From contig JAEWMJ010000057.1 of the NCBI GenBank assembly GCA_023393165.1, forward strand, positions 94,500 to 158,499: a stretch of 64,000 bases of DNA. Reading direction: 5' to 3'. Numbering within the stretch: position 1 is the stretch's first letter; each line of letters starts with the position of its first letter. The notes beneath the pieces were generated by a model, which saw only the letters and a program-made list of their open reading frames with translations, was not told the origin of the DNA and searched no databases. Shown here piece by piece: positions 35,689 through 43,595 of this stretch. A program made the position numbers and the translations under genes. This DNA comes from Bacillota bacterium (GTDB lineage Bacteria > Bacillota > Clostridia > Christensenellales > Christensenellaceae).

Positions 35689-36738
35689 TTAAAATTCCCT
35701 GTACGTTACGCTGTACCTTACCGCATGGTAGAATACCTTGACGGTATCCACAATAAACCCCAGCACCAAGAGCCAGACAAAGACCGTTTTGAATATATTC
35801 ACAAAGAATGCAAGATCAAAATCGGATGACATCCCGAATGCGTGTATGGAGGTGAGCGTGGAAACAAAATCAGGATTCCATATGGCCGGATTGGTAAACA
35901 GGAGCACAGCCATCACGAGAGACACGATATTTATGAGAGTCACCGAAATTGCAAGCGTCATATTATACCGCCCAAACAGCAAACGCACGAATTCCTTTGC
36001 GATTCCCAGCACAAACAGGGTATTGAACACGCTTATAATGCTGGGCCAGATTTCAAGATTGAATATGGGCACAACAGTGAGCTCTTCTCCCGCCACATAA
36101 ACGCTCAGGATCTGAGGGGCAACATTAAATATGATCATGACAATTAAGGTAAATATTATACCCGCAATGGGTTCCGAGCGCCTGATGGTCGCTTTTTCCA
36201 CAGGCACGGGCGGAAGATCCGAAGGCTTCCATTTGTCATCCGGGAATTTAAAATTGATTTTCTTATCACTGTATCTTTCCGCCATCGCAAATCCGAAAGT
36301 CAGCCATGCAAACGCCTGCAGCAGAGCCATAATGATTGATCCTAAAAAGTCGGCTATGCCCGAAACAATATCCGTTGGGGGCGAGGTAACCAGGCTAACG
36401 GTCATGGCTATGATCATACCGAACGCGGTGGCCCCCAAGACGATCTTTAAGATAAAAATATAAAATTCATAATACTGCGGCCCGATCAGATACCGTTTGG
36501 AATCCCGGTACTTGTTCGCTAGCTCCCACGGCCTTCCAAGTTCCATCAATACGGCGTCAATATCTTCTTTGGTCGGATTGTCCGTCCGCTCGGAGAGCAT
36601 ATCTTCTATCAATCCCTGCAGCTCCTTTTTGATATCCTCCCTTTGCCCGGGCGGAAGCCGCCTTACTACCTGGTAGAAATAACGCTCGATAACATCCTTT
36701 ACATACTTCCCATTATTCTCCATCCCTTTTTTCACCAC
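35689..36738 (-). CDS. Membrane protein with DUF1700/HAAS-type N-terminal domain
   Basis: N-terminus YVKDVIERYFYQVVRRLPPGQREDIKKELQGLIEDML, followed by about six TM helices. Overlaps the upstream PadR gene. Confidence 0.75.
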   Translation of the reverse strand: MVKKGMENNGKYVKDVIERYFYQVVRRLPPGQREDIKKELQGLIEDMLSERTDNPTKEDIDAVLMELGRPWELANKYRDSKRYLIGPQYYEFYIFILKIVLGATAFGMIIAMTVSLVTSPPTDIVSGIADFLGSIIMALLQAFAWLTFGFAMAERYSDKKINFKFPDDKWKPSDLPPVPVEKATIRRSEPIAGIIFTLIVMIIFNVAPQILSVYVAGEELTVVPIFNLEIWPSIISVFNTLFVLGIAKEFVRLLFGRYNMTLAISVTLINIVSLVMAVLLFTNPAIWNPDFVSTLTSIHAFGMSSDFDLAFFVNIFKTVFVWLLVLGFIVDTVKVFYHAVRYSVTYREF

Positions 36739-37069
36739 TTTCCAATAAACTATTCATACTGTCCACCATGCCGGCCCATTCGCTGCAGAGTCTTTTGTAT
36801 ACTTCCAGACCTTTTTTACTTAAAACATAATATTTTCGGGGCTTTGTTCCGGAAACTTCCCACTCGCCGCTTAAAAGGCCCTGTTTTTCAAGCCTGCGCA
36901 ACAGCGGGTATAATGTGCCCGCCTCTATCCTTACGTTTTTTTCTTCCAGGCTCTGCACCAGTGAGTATCCGTAAGTCGGGCGGTCCAGCTGGCTCAAGAC
37001 ACTCAGTACGAGCGTTCCTCTTCTAAGTTCTAAAAGCAGATTTTCCACAATTTCCGTGGTATCGTCCAT
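36713..37069 (-). CDS. PadR-family transcriptional regulator
   Basis: I prefer the start at ATG 37069 (RBS AAGGTGGTG); the ORF-track start at 37159 would lie upstream of the promoter. The motif LVLSVLSQLDRPTYGYSLVQSLEE...AGTLYPLLRRLEKQGLL is classic PadR. Confidence 0.85.
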   Translation of the reverse strand: MDDTTEIVENLLLELRRGTLVLSVLSQLDRPTYGYSLVQSLEEKNVRIEAGTLYPLLRRLEKQGLLSGEWEVSGTKPRKYYVLSKKGLEVYKRLCSEWAGMVDSMNSLLESGEKRDGE

Positions 37070-37090
37070 CCTTATCACCACCTTGATGTC

Positions 37091-37120
37091 ATTATACTGT
37101 ACGACGTACACTATTGTCAA
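37091..37120 (-). promoter_or_regulatory. Promoter with embedded palindromic operator (PadR autoregulation candidate)
   Basis: Minus strand reads TTGACA (37120-37115), an 18-nt spacer, then TATAAT (37096-37091). The spacer holds the 13-bp palindrome tgtacg-n-cgtaca (37098-37110). Confidence 0.5.
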
Positions 37121-37197
37121 TGTAATACTATTAATTTTTTTATAATATTTTTGATCCAACTTTATTGTTGGTTGTCCAGTTTGTTTTTATCTAATTT

Positions 37198-37227
37198 AAA
37201 AACCCGCCGGTTAAAAAACCGCCGGGT
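37198..37227 (-). terminator. Rho-independent terminator after the yyaL-like gene
   Basis: Minus-strand stem cccggcgg/ccggcggg (7 of 8 paired) followed by TTTTT, 21 nt after the stop at 37248. Confidence 0.55.
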
Positions 37228-37247
37228 CATCATAAAATGAAATGCCG

Positions 37248-39271
37248 TTATCTCTTCTCTTCCAGCAATTTTTTGAATTTTTCCGCGCCGAATGCGGGCG
37301 GCAGGCAGGTCTGCCCCCTGCACACATACGCCGTGGGTCTTTCGTCCTGCATCTTGTATCCGGAAAAATAATCCCGCAAATTTTCTGGAATTTTTTCATC
37401 CGCCGCTATCACAACAACGTCCGCGTCCCTCCCCCTGGCAAGTTCAATCATCCCCTGCAATTCTTCCTTTGTTTTACCAACGAGAACTATTTTTATTTTC
37501 TCCCGGCTGTCCTCCAGCATCGCGTGCATCATATGGGCATACGCGCCCGGACTCCGGGATATATCATCCGCAAATGCGCGGAATATATCCACAGCGCGTT
37601 CCCTCATTTCAAGATCCCCCGTCAGACCGGACAAGCGCAATAAATTTCCAGCCTCAACGGAATTTGCCGAAGGCGTCGCTCCATCGTAAACCGTTTTGGT
37701 GCGGGCGATCAGCATCTCGGAACTCGTACCCGAATAAAACAGGCCGCCGGTTTCATTGTCCCAAAAATCTTCCATAAATACTTCGTTCATCCGCACCGCG
37801 GCTGAGAGTACGTCCGCGTCAAACGCAGCGGCATACAGTTCAAGCAATCCCCATATGAGATACGCCCAGTCGTCCGCATGCGCGGGATTTTTCGCCTGTC
37901 CTTCGCGGTAAGAGGATTTCAAAGCTTTTCCTTCCATCAGCTTATTCTGGACGAACTGCCAGCATTCGGCTGCGGTCTGGATAAAACTGTAATTCTTTAA
38001 TACTCTTCCGGCAAACGCGAAGGCCGCCATGGCCAGTCCGTTCCAGCAAGTAAGGATTTTGTCGTCCAGAAACGGATGGACCCGTTTTTCACGGGCGTCA
38101 AACAATATTTTTCGCTCTTTTTCAAAATCCGGCATTTCTTCCAGGCCTAGCGGATTGCCTATCAGATTGGGGATGTTTTTACCTTCAAAATTACCCCCAT
38201 CCGTTATATCGAAATTGCCGCAAAAATTCTCCGCAGCATCTCCCAGAAGTTCGCCTGCTTCGGACCGGTCCCAAAGGTAAAACTTGCCTTCCACGCCCTC
38301 CGAATCCGCGTCCTCCGCGGTATAAAACCCGCCTTCGGGTGAGCGCATCATCCGCTCCAGATACGAAAGGGTGCTTTGGGCGGTATTCTTGAGGCTCTCT
38401 CTGCCCGTCCGGGCATAGGCCCCGGTATAGGTGTATGCCAGCAATGCGTTGTCGTACAGCATTTTTTCAAAATGCGGAACCAGCCATCTTTGGTCGGTAG
38501 AGTAGCGGCAGAAACCGTACCCGATATGGTCGTGGATGCCGCCCCTGTCCATGGCGTCCAGCGTCTTGAGCGCCATTTGAAGCGCCTGCGGCTTATCGTG
38601 CGCCTCCGCGTATTCCATCAGAAACAGCAGCAGATGCGGAGAAGGGAACTTGGGCGCATAGGAAAATCCGCCGTAATTTGTGTCAAAACTTCTCTTCAGT
38701 TCCCCGTATGCGACATGCGGCAGGTTTCTGTCCTCGTCTTTCTTTTGAGCAGTCCTGCTGTTCAGATATTTTAATACCTCCTGCGAAGCTTCTTCCAGCT
38801 TGCCCCGGTCCGAATCCCAGATTTTACGAATCTGTAAAATGAGGCTTTGAAACTGCGCGTTTGTAAAATAAGTTCCGGTAAAAAAAGGGCGCCGCTCCGC
38901 ATCCATGAATATGGAAAGCGGCCATCCGCCGCTGCCCGTCATGGCCTGGCATACGTCCATATACACATGGTCCACATCCGGGCGTTCCTCCCGGTCCACC
39001 TTGATGCTCACAAAATTGTCGTTCAGCATCCGTGCCGCCGCCTCGTCCTCGAACGTTTCACGTTCCATCACGTGGCACCAATGACAAGTGCGTCATAGTA
39101 GACAAGTCAGCTATACCCAATAGATAGGAAAACAGGCTTATCCTCAAGCCTTGCTTTCTCAAACGCTTCTTCTCCCCATGGGAACCAGTCCACCGGATTA
39201 TACGCATGCTGCAACAGATAAGGAGATTTCTCATTGATTAATCTATTGGGTATTTTCTTTTGATTGTCCAC
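37248..39271 (-). pseudogene. yyaL: YyaL-like thioredoxin-domain (DUF255) / six-hairpin glycosidase-like protein, interrupted by a 20-nt insertion
   Basis: The 5' piece (39107..39271/39289) ends ...[10 protein letters not shown] then TGA. The 3' piece (37248..39071) starts at VMERETFEDE. The expected TCHWCH active-site codons (39072-39089) lie between them in the 3' frame, behind a stop. The frames differ by 2 nt. Confidence 0.8.
39090..39109. other. 20-nt extra segment / candidate recombination junction inside yyaL
   Basis: The + strand reads atGACAAGTgcgtcatagtaGACAAGTcagctata. A 7-nt direct repeat GACAAGT sits at 39083-39089 and 39101-39107. By hand count, GC is 68/120 on the host side (38941-39060) and 78/183 on the other side (39107-39289). 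Confidence 0.6.
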
Positions 39272-39330
39272 TTGACCACCCCCTTTCAAAAAACAGAGAT
39301 TATAATATTCTAATAATTTTTTTGATCATC

Positions 39331-40845
39331 CTATTTGAAATTGATCTTTATTCTAATATCGTCTCCGTTCTTATACCATATTATACTATCCAGAATAGTA
39401 CGATACAGATCATTTCGAGCTGCATTATCCGTAGTAATAGTAATGTTTTCAAAAAAATCGGATAATGATTTTAATCTCTCCGTATTGGATAGTGGCTGAT
39501 CATTATCGGATAGTTTTTTTAGCGTATAAATTTCATCTGAAATGTTATTTATTTCAAGCTCTCTCTTCCTTTTTCTCTCAAGCCATTCTTCGCGACAATA
39601 ATCACCCATTTCATATGCATCATTTACTAAAGTCAAAGCCTTTTTTTGCTTGGATAAAAGAAGCTCTTTTTCTTTTATGAGGACTTCCAGCATATTTAAA
39701 TCGTTATCTTCTTGTTCAACAATAGTCAGAAAACTATCTTTATACTTCGCAATTTCGGCAAAAACCTTTTCTTCTATAACGGATACAACAATACCTTCAT
39801 TATGACATTTTGTACCGTAGGGATCAATATACCAGCACGGTTTCATATGATACTTATTATCTCTAAAGTAAAAAGTATGGGTATGACCGCATCTACCACA
39901 CTTGATTAAACCAGAAAACATAAAAGTTTGGTGGCGCGCTTTTGTCGCTATCTGCTTCCTATCATTTATAAATTGAATAATCTTGTCATGCTCTTCCTGA
40001 GTTTTTACAGCTTCATGGCAATTTTTAACTACTACCCATTCGCTTCTGGGTAAAACTTTATAATCTTTTGCATTGGGCCGTTTATTTTTATGAGCATCTC
40101 CTTGAGTCTTGTTGCTTATTATTTTTCCAAGATGCGTTTCGTCGAATAAAAGTCTTTGGATTGAAAATCCGTTCCAGTATTTAGATTTAACTGTTAATAT
40201 GCCTTTTTGATTAAGACTATTCGCAATTTTTTGTGGGGGTACCCCTTGCAGAGCTTGATTAATCATACTCCTATAAACCTTGTATCTCTCATCATGAACA
40301 ACAAGTCCTTTAGGATTGAACTTATCTTTATATTGTTGATAGACATAAGGAAATGGTGGGATACCATTTGTCCATTGACCGCGCCTAGAACCGATTTTCT
40401 TGCCCTGTCGCAACCTCTTAGTTATCATTTTATATTCCTGACGTGCAAAAAAGCCCTTTAAATCTGCATAAGTATCATCAATATCATCATTGAGATCATA
40501 GATTTTATCGGGCGTTATTATGAGAGTATTTGACCTTTGAAACGCCTTTTTTATTCGATCTTGTTCTCCAAGGTCACCTCTCCCCAACCTGTCATATTCT
40601 ACAACGCATACTGCATCATATACCCCTTCTTCGACTTCCTTTAATAGTTTACTGATTTGGGGACGCATATCTATACTATCGGAAGTACCCACTTCCATAT
40701 ATTCTACGTATTTGAAATTGTTTTTTTGACAAAGGTCAATAAGAACTATTCGATGCTTTTCTAAATCTTCCATGCTTTCCGCACGGGATTTTCTGATGTA
40801 GATCGCAACATAACGGATAATGTATTTTTTGTTTTCAATATCCAA
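39331..40845 (-). CDS. Large serine recombinase
   Basis: Resolvase catalytic N-terminus YVAIYIRKSRAES and EYDRLGRG, a recombinase domain, a zinc ribbon CGRCGHTHTF...C..C, and a C-terminal coiled coil. TTG start 8 nt after GGGAGG. Confidence 0.9.
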   Translation of the reverse strand: MDIENKKYIIRYVAIYIRKSRAESMEDLEKHRIVLIDLCQKNNFKYVEYMEVGTSDSIDMRPQISKLLKEVEEGVYDAVCVVEYDRLGRGDLGEQDRIKKAFQRSNTLIITPDKIYDLNDDIDDTYADLKGFFARQEYKMITKRLRQGKKIGSRRGQWTNGIPPFPYVYQQYKDKFNPKGLVVHDERYKVYRSMINQALQGVPPQKIANSLNQKGILTVKSKYWNGFSIQRLLFDETHLGKIISNKTQGDAHKNKRPNAKDYKVLPRSEWVVVKNCHEAVKTQEEHDKIIQFINDRKQIATKARHQTFMFSGLIKCGRCGHTHTFYFRDNKYHMKPCWYIDPYGTKCHNEGIVVSVIEEKVFAEIAKYKDSFLTIVEQEDNDLNMLEVLIKEKELLLSKQKKALTLVNDAYEMGDYCREEWLERKRKRELEINNISDEIYTLKKLSDNDQPLSNTERLKSLSDFFENITITTDNAARNDLYRTILDSIIWYKNGDDIRIKINFK

Positions 40846-40924
40846 TATGCCCGCCTCCCAATAATATATCTAGGATTATTATGAGTTTTAAGACAGATAG
40901 AGTCAAAGGTGCCAATTAGATCTC

Positions 40925-41083
40925 CTATGGTATAACCACTTTTTTATCTTGGACTTGAAAAACTATTTTATCTGATTTGCTACTTCCATGAAGACGGCAT
41001 AACATTTTCTGAAAATTCTTTAAGGCTTCGTTTGATGGTGTGTTTGAAATAACAACTATTTTTAATTTGATGTTTTCACACAT
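40925..41083 (-). CDS. Small hypothetical protein (52 aa), possibly TnpW/orf5-like accessory protein
   Basis: I prefer the start at ATG 41083, preceded by AGGAGGAAAACTT. Its position directly upstream of the recombinase supports an accessory role. The family assignment is only a guess. Confidence 0.4.
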   Translation of the reverse strand: MCENIKLKIVVISNTPSNEALKNFQKMLCRLHGSSKSDKIVFQVQDKKVVIP

Positions 41084-41117
41084 AAGTTTTCCTCCTATCC
41101 GATTAATGTTATAGAGG

Positions 41118-41178
41118 AAATAGGAAATACCCATGTTTTAAGAAGATATGACTTATAGGTGTACCGTATTTCCTATTT
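41118..41178. promoter_or_regulatory. Perfect 13-bp inverted repeat with 35-nt spacer
   Basis: aaataggaaatac (41118-41130) pairs with gtatttcctattt (41166-41178), immediately upstream of the small ORF's RBS. Confidence 0.35.
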
Positions 41179-41331
41179 TAAAAAAGGTATAAAAATGGGC
41201 CAGAATCTATATTTTAAGCCAGTTTTTTGTATCAAGCTATTTATTTAAACATTTATATCTTATGACTAATCTGTAATGAATTTGTTTTCGATATAAAGTG
41301 TAAATGCATGACAATTCAACTTTATCATTAG

Positions 41332-41579
41332 GATACCGGACAACAGCGGGCCGCTGCCTCATAGGAATCACACCTCCCCCCATTCTGATGGCGGGCCGTC
41401 CCTTGACATCATGTTAGCCAGACGGAAGTATCATTATCCGGTTCGTGAGATCATCGCCTGCAGGCTTGCCACAGCCTGCCTGAGGCACAATATTTGTCGC
41501 TCTCCCCATTACTGGAGGTCCTGGCGTATCTGCCGCATAGCTTGTCCTTTCGGCTCACGCACCGAAGGTATCCGGTATC
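41332..41579 (-). ncRNA. Candidate structured non-coding RNA or cis element (~250 nt, GC-rich island in AT-rich DNA)
   Basis: Stops occur in all minus-strand frames. Closing 8-bp helix 41332-41339/41572-41579. An 11-bp bulged hairpin 41456-41486. Hairpin 41376-41395. Long-range 6-bp helix 41444-41449/41554-41559. 5-bp hairpin 41344-41356. Strand was chosen from flanking gene orientation and a GAAA loop, and is not secure. Confidence 0.4.
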
Positions 41580-41649
41580 ATATATTGAATTTTCAAAGTC
41601 CAGAAGTATGATCTACTGATCATAAACAAAGTATTAAAAGGATTTTGAT

Positions 41650-41892
41650 TTAAAATATTTTGAAACTTATTATTTTTGTTATTAACTTCGTCTGCAGTTG
41701 TCGCCGCATTTCTTCGTCTACAAAGTTATAGGTATTGCCTGATTCATCAAAAAGTTTTTTAATCGATAGTTTTAATATATAGCTATCATAATGGTCAACA
41801 ATTTTATTAATTGCAGCTACGTTACCTTTTACCGCTAACAAAATTGTTGGAAATGGAATCCTTTGGATTTTCTTCTGAGCAGTACTGTTCAC
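41650..41892 (-). CDS. Tn916 Orf8-like helix-turn-helix protein
   Basis: AAINKIVDHYDSYILKLS...FVDEEMRRQLQTKLITKII resembles my recollection of Tn916 Orf8 (…YEPYIAKLS…FVDETIRRRLETKLITKIL). Confidence 0.7.
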   Translation of the reverse strand: MNSTAQKKIQRIPFPTILLAVKGNVAAINKIVDHYDSYILKLSIKKLFDESGNTYNFVDEEMRRQLQTKLITKIISFKIF

Positions 41893-42229
41893 TGTTAGCC
41901 TCCAGATACTTTTTAAGTAATTTTAGCGCACTAGACCTCATATAGCTTACAGTCCAATGAACGAGATGAAGAAAACTGGATATTTCTTTGTCTGTCATGT
42001 TCAGCCAATAACTTAATATAACGATATCCCGTTTTATATCAGGTAGAGTATTGATAGCCTCGAGCAAAGTCTCGTTTTCTATTTCAAATACAAAACCAGC
42101 GGCAGCCAACTGGCCTCCTAGATTATATTTATCGATTGAATATAGTTGATTCATTTCATTTGGTGTCAGTTCACTAAATGCTTTTTCATGCTCGAGTAAA
42201 TATGATTCATGTTGCCGAATATCTTTCAT
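41822..42229 (-). CDS. Tn916 Orf7-like sigma-70 region-4 protein (N-terminus probably extends to ~42307-42313)
   Basis: LLEAINTLPDIKRDIVILSYWLNMTDKEISSFLHLVHWTVSYMRSSALKLLKKYLE is a sigma region-4 HTH. The frame is open upstream to a TGA at 42314-42316. Confidence 0.75.
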   Translation of the reverse strand: MKDIRQHESYLLEHEKAFSELTPNEMNQLYSIDKYNLGGQLAAAGFVFEIENETLLEAINTLPDIKRDIVILSYWLNMTDKEISSFLHLVHWTVSYMRSSALKLLKKYLEANSEQYCSEENPKDSISNNFVSGKR

Positions 42230-42397
42230 TTCATTGGCGACTACAAGCTTACAAAAATAGTCAAACTGTTTTTCAACCCTTTGTTTATTGGATAAAGAAA
42301 TTTCTATTAAAATTCACCTCCTCCTTAATTTTTAGAAAAGACTAATTTTTAGTTATTAATAGAACGAATCGAAATGTATAATTTTGTAATAATTTAG

Positions 42398-42428
42398 AAA
42401 AAAACAAAAAAAACCGCTTATTGCGGTT
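42398..42428 (-). terminator. Rho-independent terminator
   Basis: Minus-strand stem aaccgc-aataa-gcggtt followed by TTTTTTTTGTTTTTTT. Confidence 0.6.
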
Positions 42429-42480
42429 AAAAGAATTTATAAATCCATTTTTAAAATAGCTCTTAGATTTTTTTAGCTTG

Positions 42481-42660
42481 CTAGATAATATGTCTGGTCT
42501 TTTCATAGTCCATGTTGAGTAAAACAGAAATCTGCTTTAAGTTTCTGTTTTTAAAAATATTTATATATAAAGCTTGTTGAATAGAGGGACCAGGGTGCTT
42601 AAGTAATCATTTACTGTTTTTTTTATTTCCATTCAGCTTTGATGTCTCATAAACCGGCTT
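42481..42660 (-). pseudogene. Remnant of an XRE-type HTH gene (no start, internal stop)
   Basis: The frame reads KPVYETSKLNGNKKNSK*LLKHPGPSIQQALYINIFKNRNLKQISVLLNMDYEKTRHII*. It resembles the C-terminal half of Cro/CI-type HTH proteins such as Tn916 Orf9, which contains ...[21 protein letters not shown]. Confidence 0.3.
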
Positions 42661-42804
42661 TCACCCTGGACTTAGGGGTTCTTTTAAATATGGTTTCATT
42701 TCCTCTGAGGTTCGGAAAACAACTTTCTCAGCATGAGCCATTCATTTCGTATACAAGTGAGATCACTTACAAGGATTACAACCAAGCGTAAAATAACTGC
42801 ATAA

Positions 42805-43587
42805 TTAGTCGGGTTTACAGCATTGCAAAACGTCGCGAATAATTTCGTTAAATTTATCAGCCTCCCACGCGCTCCTTCCGATAAACAAGCCATCGATATT
42901 TGGTATTTGCATCAACTCTTGTGCATTCTGCCGATTAACGCTTCCCCCATAAAGAATAGGTATTTTTAGCCCTTGAGTTTCTCCAAAGAGTTCTACCAGT
43001 ATTTTACGAATAACCTTATGTTTTTCTGCTGCATATATCGGGGAAGCAGGCGAACCATTAACTCCTATGGCCCATACCGGTTCATATGCAATCCAGACAC
43101 GCTCTGCCTGATCTGGCAAAATTCCATTCAAACCGATTCTAAGTTGAATGCGCAATATCTCATCCGATATTCCCACTCCTTTCTGCTGTCCTGTTTCCCC
43201 TATGCACAGTAGCGCGGTTAATCCATGCGCAAGCGCGCATCTCATCTTTAAATTCTCTTCTTCGTCAGTCTCATGCAGGATGTGTCGACGCTCGCTGTGC
43301 CCAATCTCAGCAATATCAATTCCTATTTCCGAAAGCATCAGTGGTGAAATTTCTCCGGTAAATTGACCCCGTTCCTCCCATCCGATGTTCTGCGCACCCA
43401 AGCGGATGCTTTCGGTAGGAACACATCTGCGGCTGCTCTCAAGCGAAGTAAACGACGGGATTACAAACAGCTCCAGCCATTCGCGGTCAATATCTCTGGT
43501 CAATTCATGAAGCTTCATTAAATATTCTCTTGTTTCTACCGCAGTTTTGAACATCTTGGTATTCGTTCCCAGATATAGTTTTTTCAT
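42805..43587 (-). CDS. tpiA: Triose-phosphate isomerase family protein (operon-embedded paralogue)
   Basis: Catalytic Lys in GTNTKMF, His in EIGHSERR, Glu in AYEPVWAIG. 260 aa. Confidence 0.85.
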   Translation of the reverse strand: MKKLYLGTNTKMFKTAVETREYLMKLHELTRDIDREWLELFVIPSFTSLESSRRCVPTESIRLGAQNIGWEERGQFTGEISPLMLSEIGIDIAEIGHSERRHILHETDEEENLKMRCALAHGLTALLCIGETGQQKGVGISDEILRIQLRIGLNGILPDQAERVWIAYEPVWAIGVNGSPASPIYAAEKHKVIRKILVELFGETQGLKIPILYGGSVNRQNAQELMQIPNIDGLFIGRSAWEADKFNEIIRDVLQCCKPD

Positions 43588-43595
43588 GTTATTAC

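Larger units (their letters stand above)
39090..42313 (-). mobile_element. Recombination/regulation end of a Tn916/Tn5397-like integrative element (serine recombinase in place of Int/Xis)
   Basis: Gene order orf7-like, orf8-like, small ORF, large serine recombinase, then a junction inside a host gene. The segment is markedly AT-rich. The far boundary is not identified. Confidence 0.55.

Noticed and set aside
41332-41579. Possible cobalamin riboswitch, suggested by the minus-strand stretch ggggggaggtgtgattcc...gcagcggcccgctg, which is loosely like GGGAA..GGTG..AA..CC...GC.G.CCCGC
   Set aside because: No B12-box-like AGYCMGGAGACCKGCC, no GCCACTG element, the order of elements does not fit, and there is no cobalamin-related gene downstream. 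I also considered T-box, RNase P, SRP, tmRNA and group II intron domain V, and found none of their signature motifs. A cUUCGg tetraloop I first read at 41561-41570 pairs only as a weak 3-bp stem, so it is not used as evidence.
41411-41611. 66-aa + strand ORF inside the GC-rich island
   Set aside because: The translation is Arg/Cys-rich (…CRLATACLRHNICRSPHYWRSWRICRIACPF…) with no RBS. It is more consistent with a chance ORF in structured non-coding DNA.
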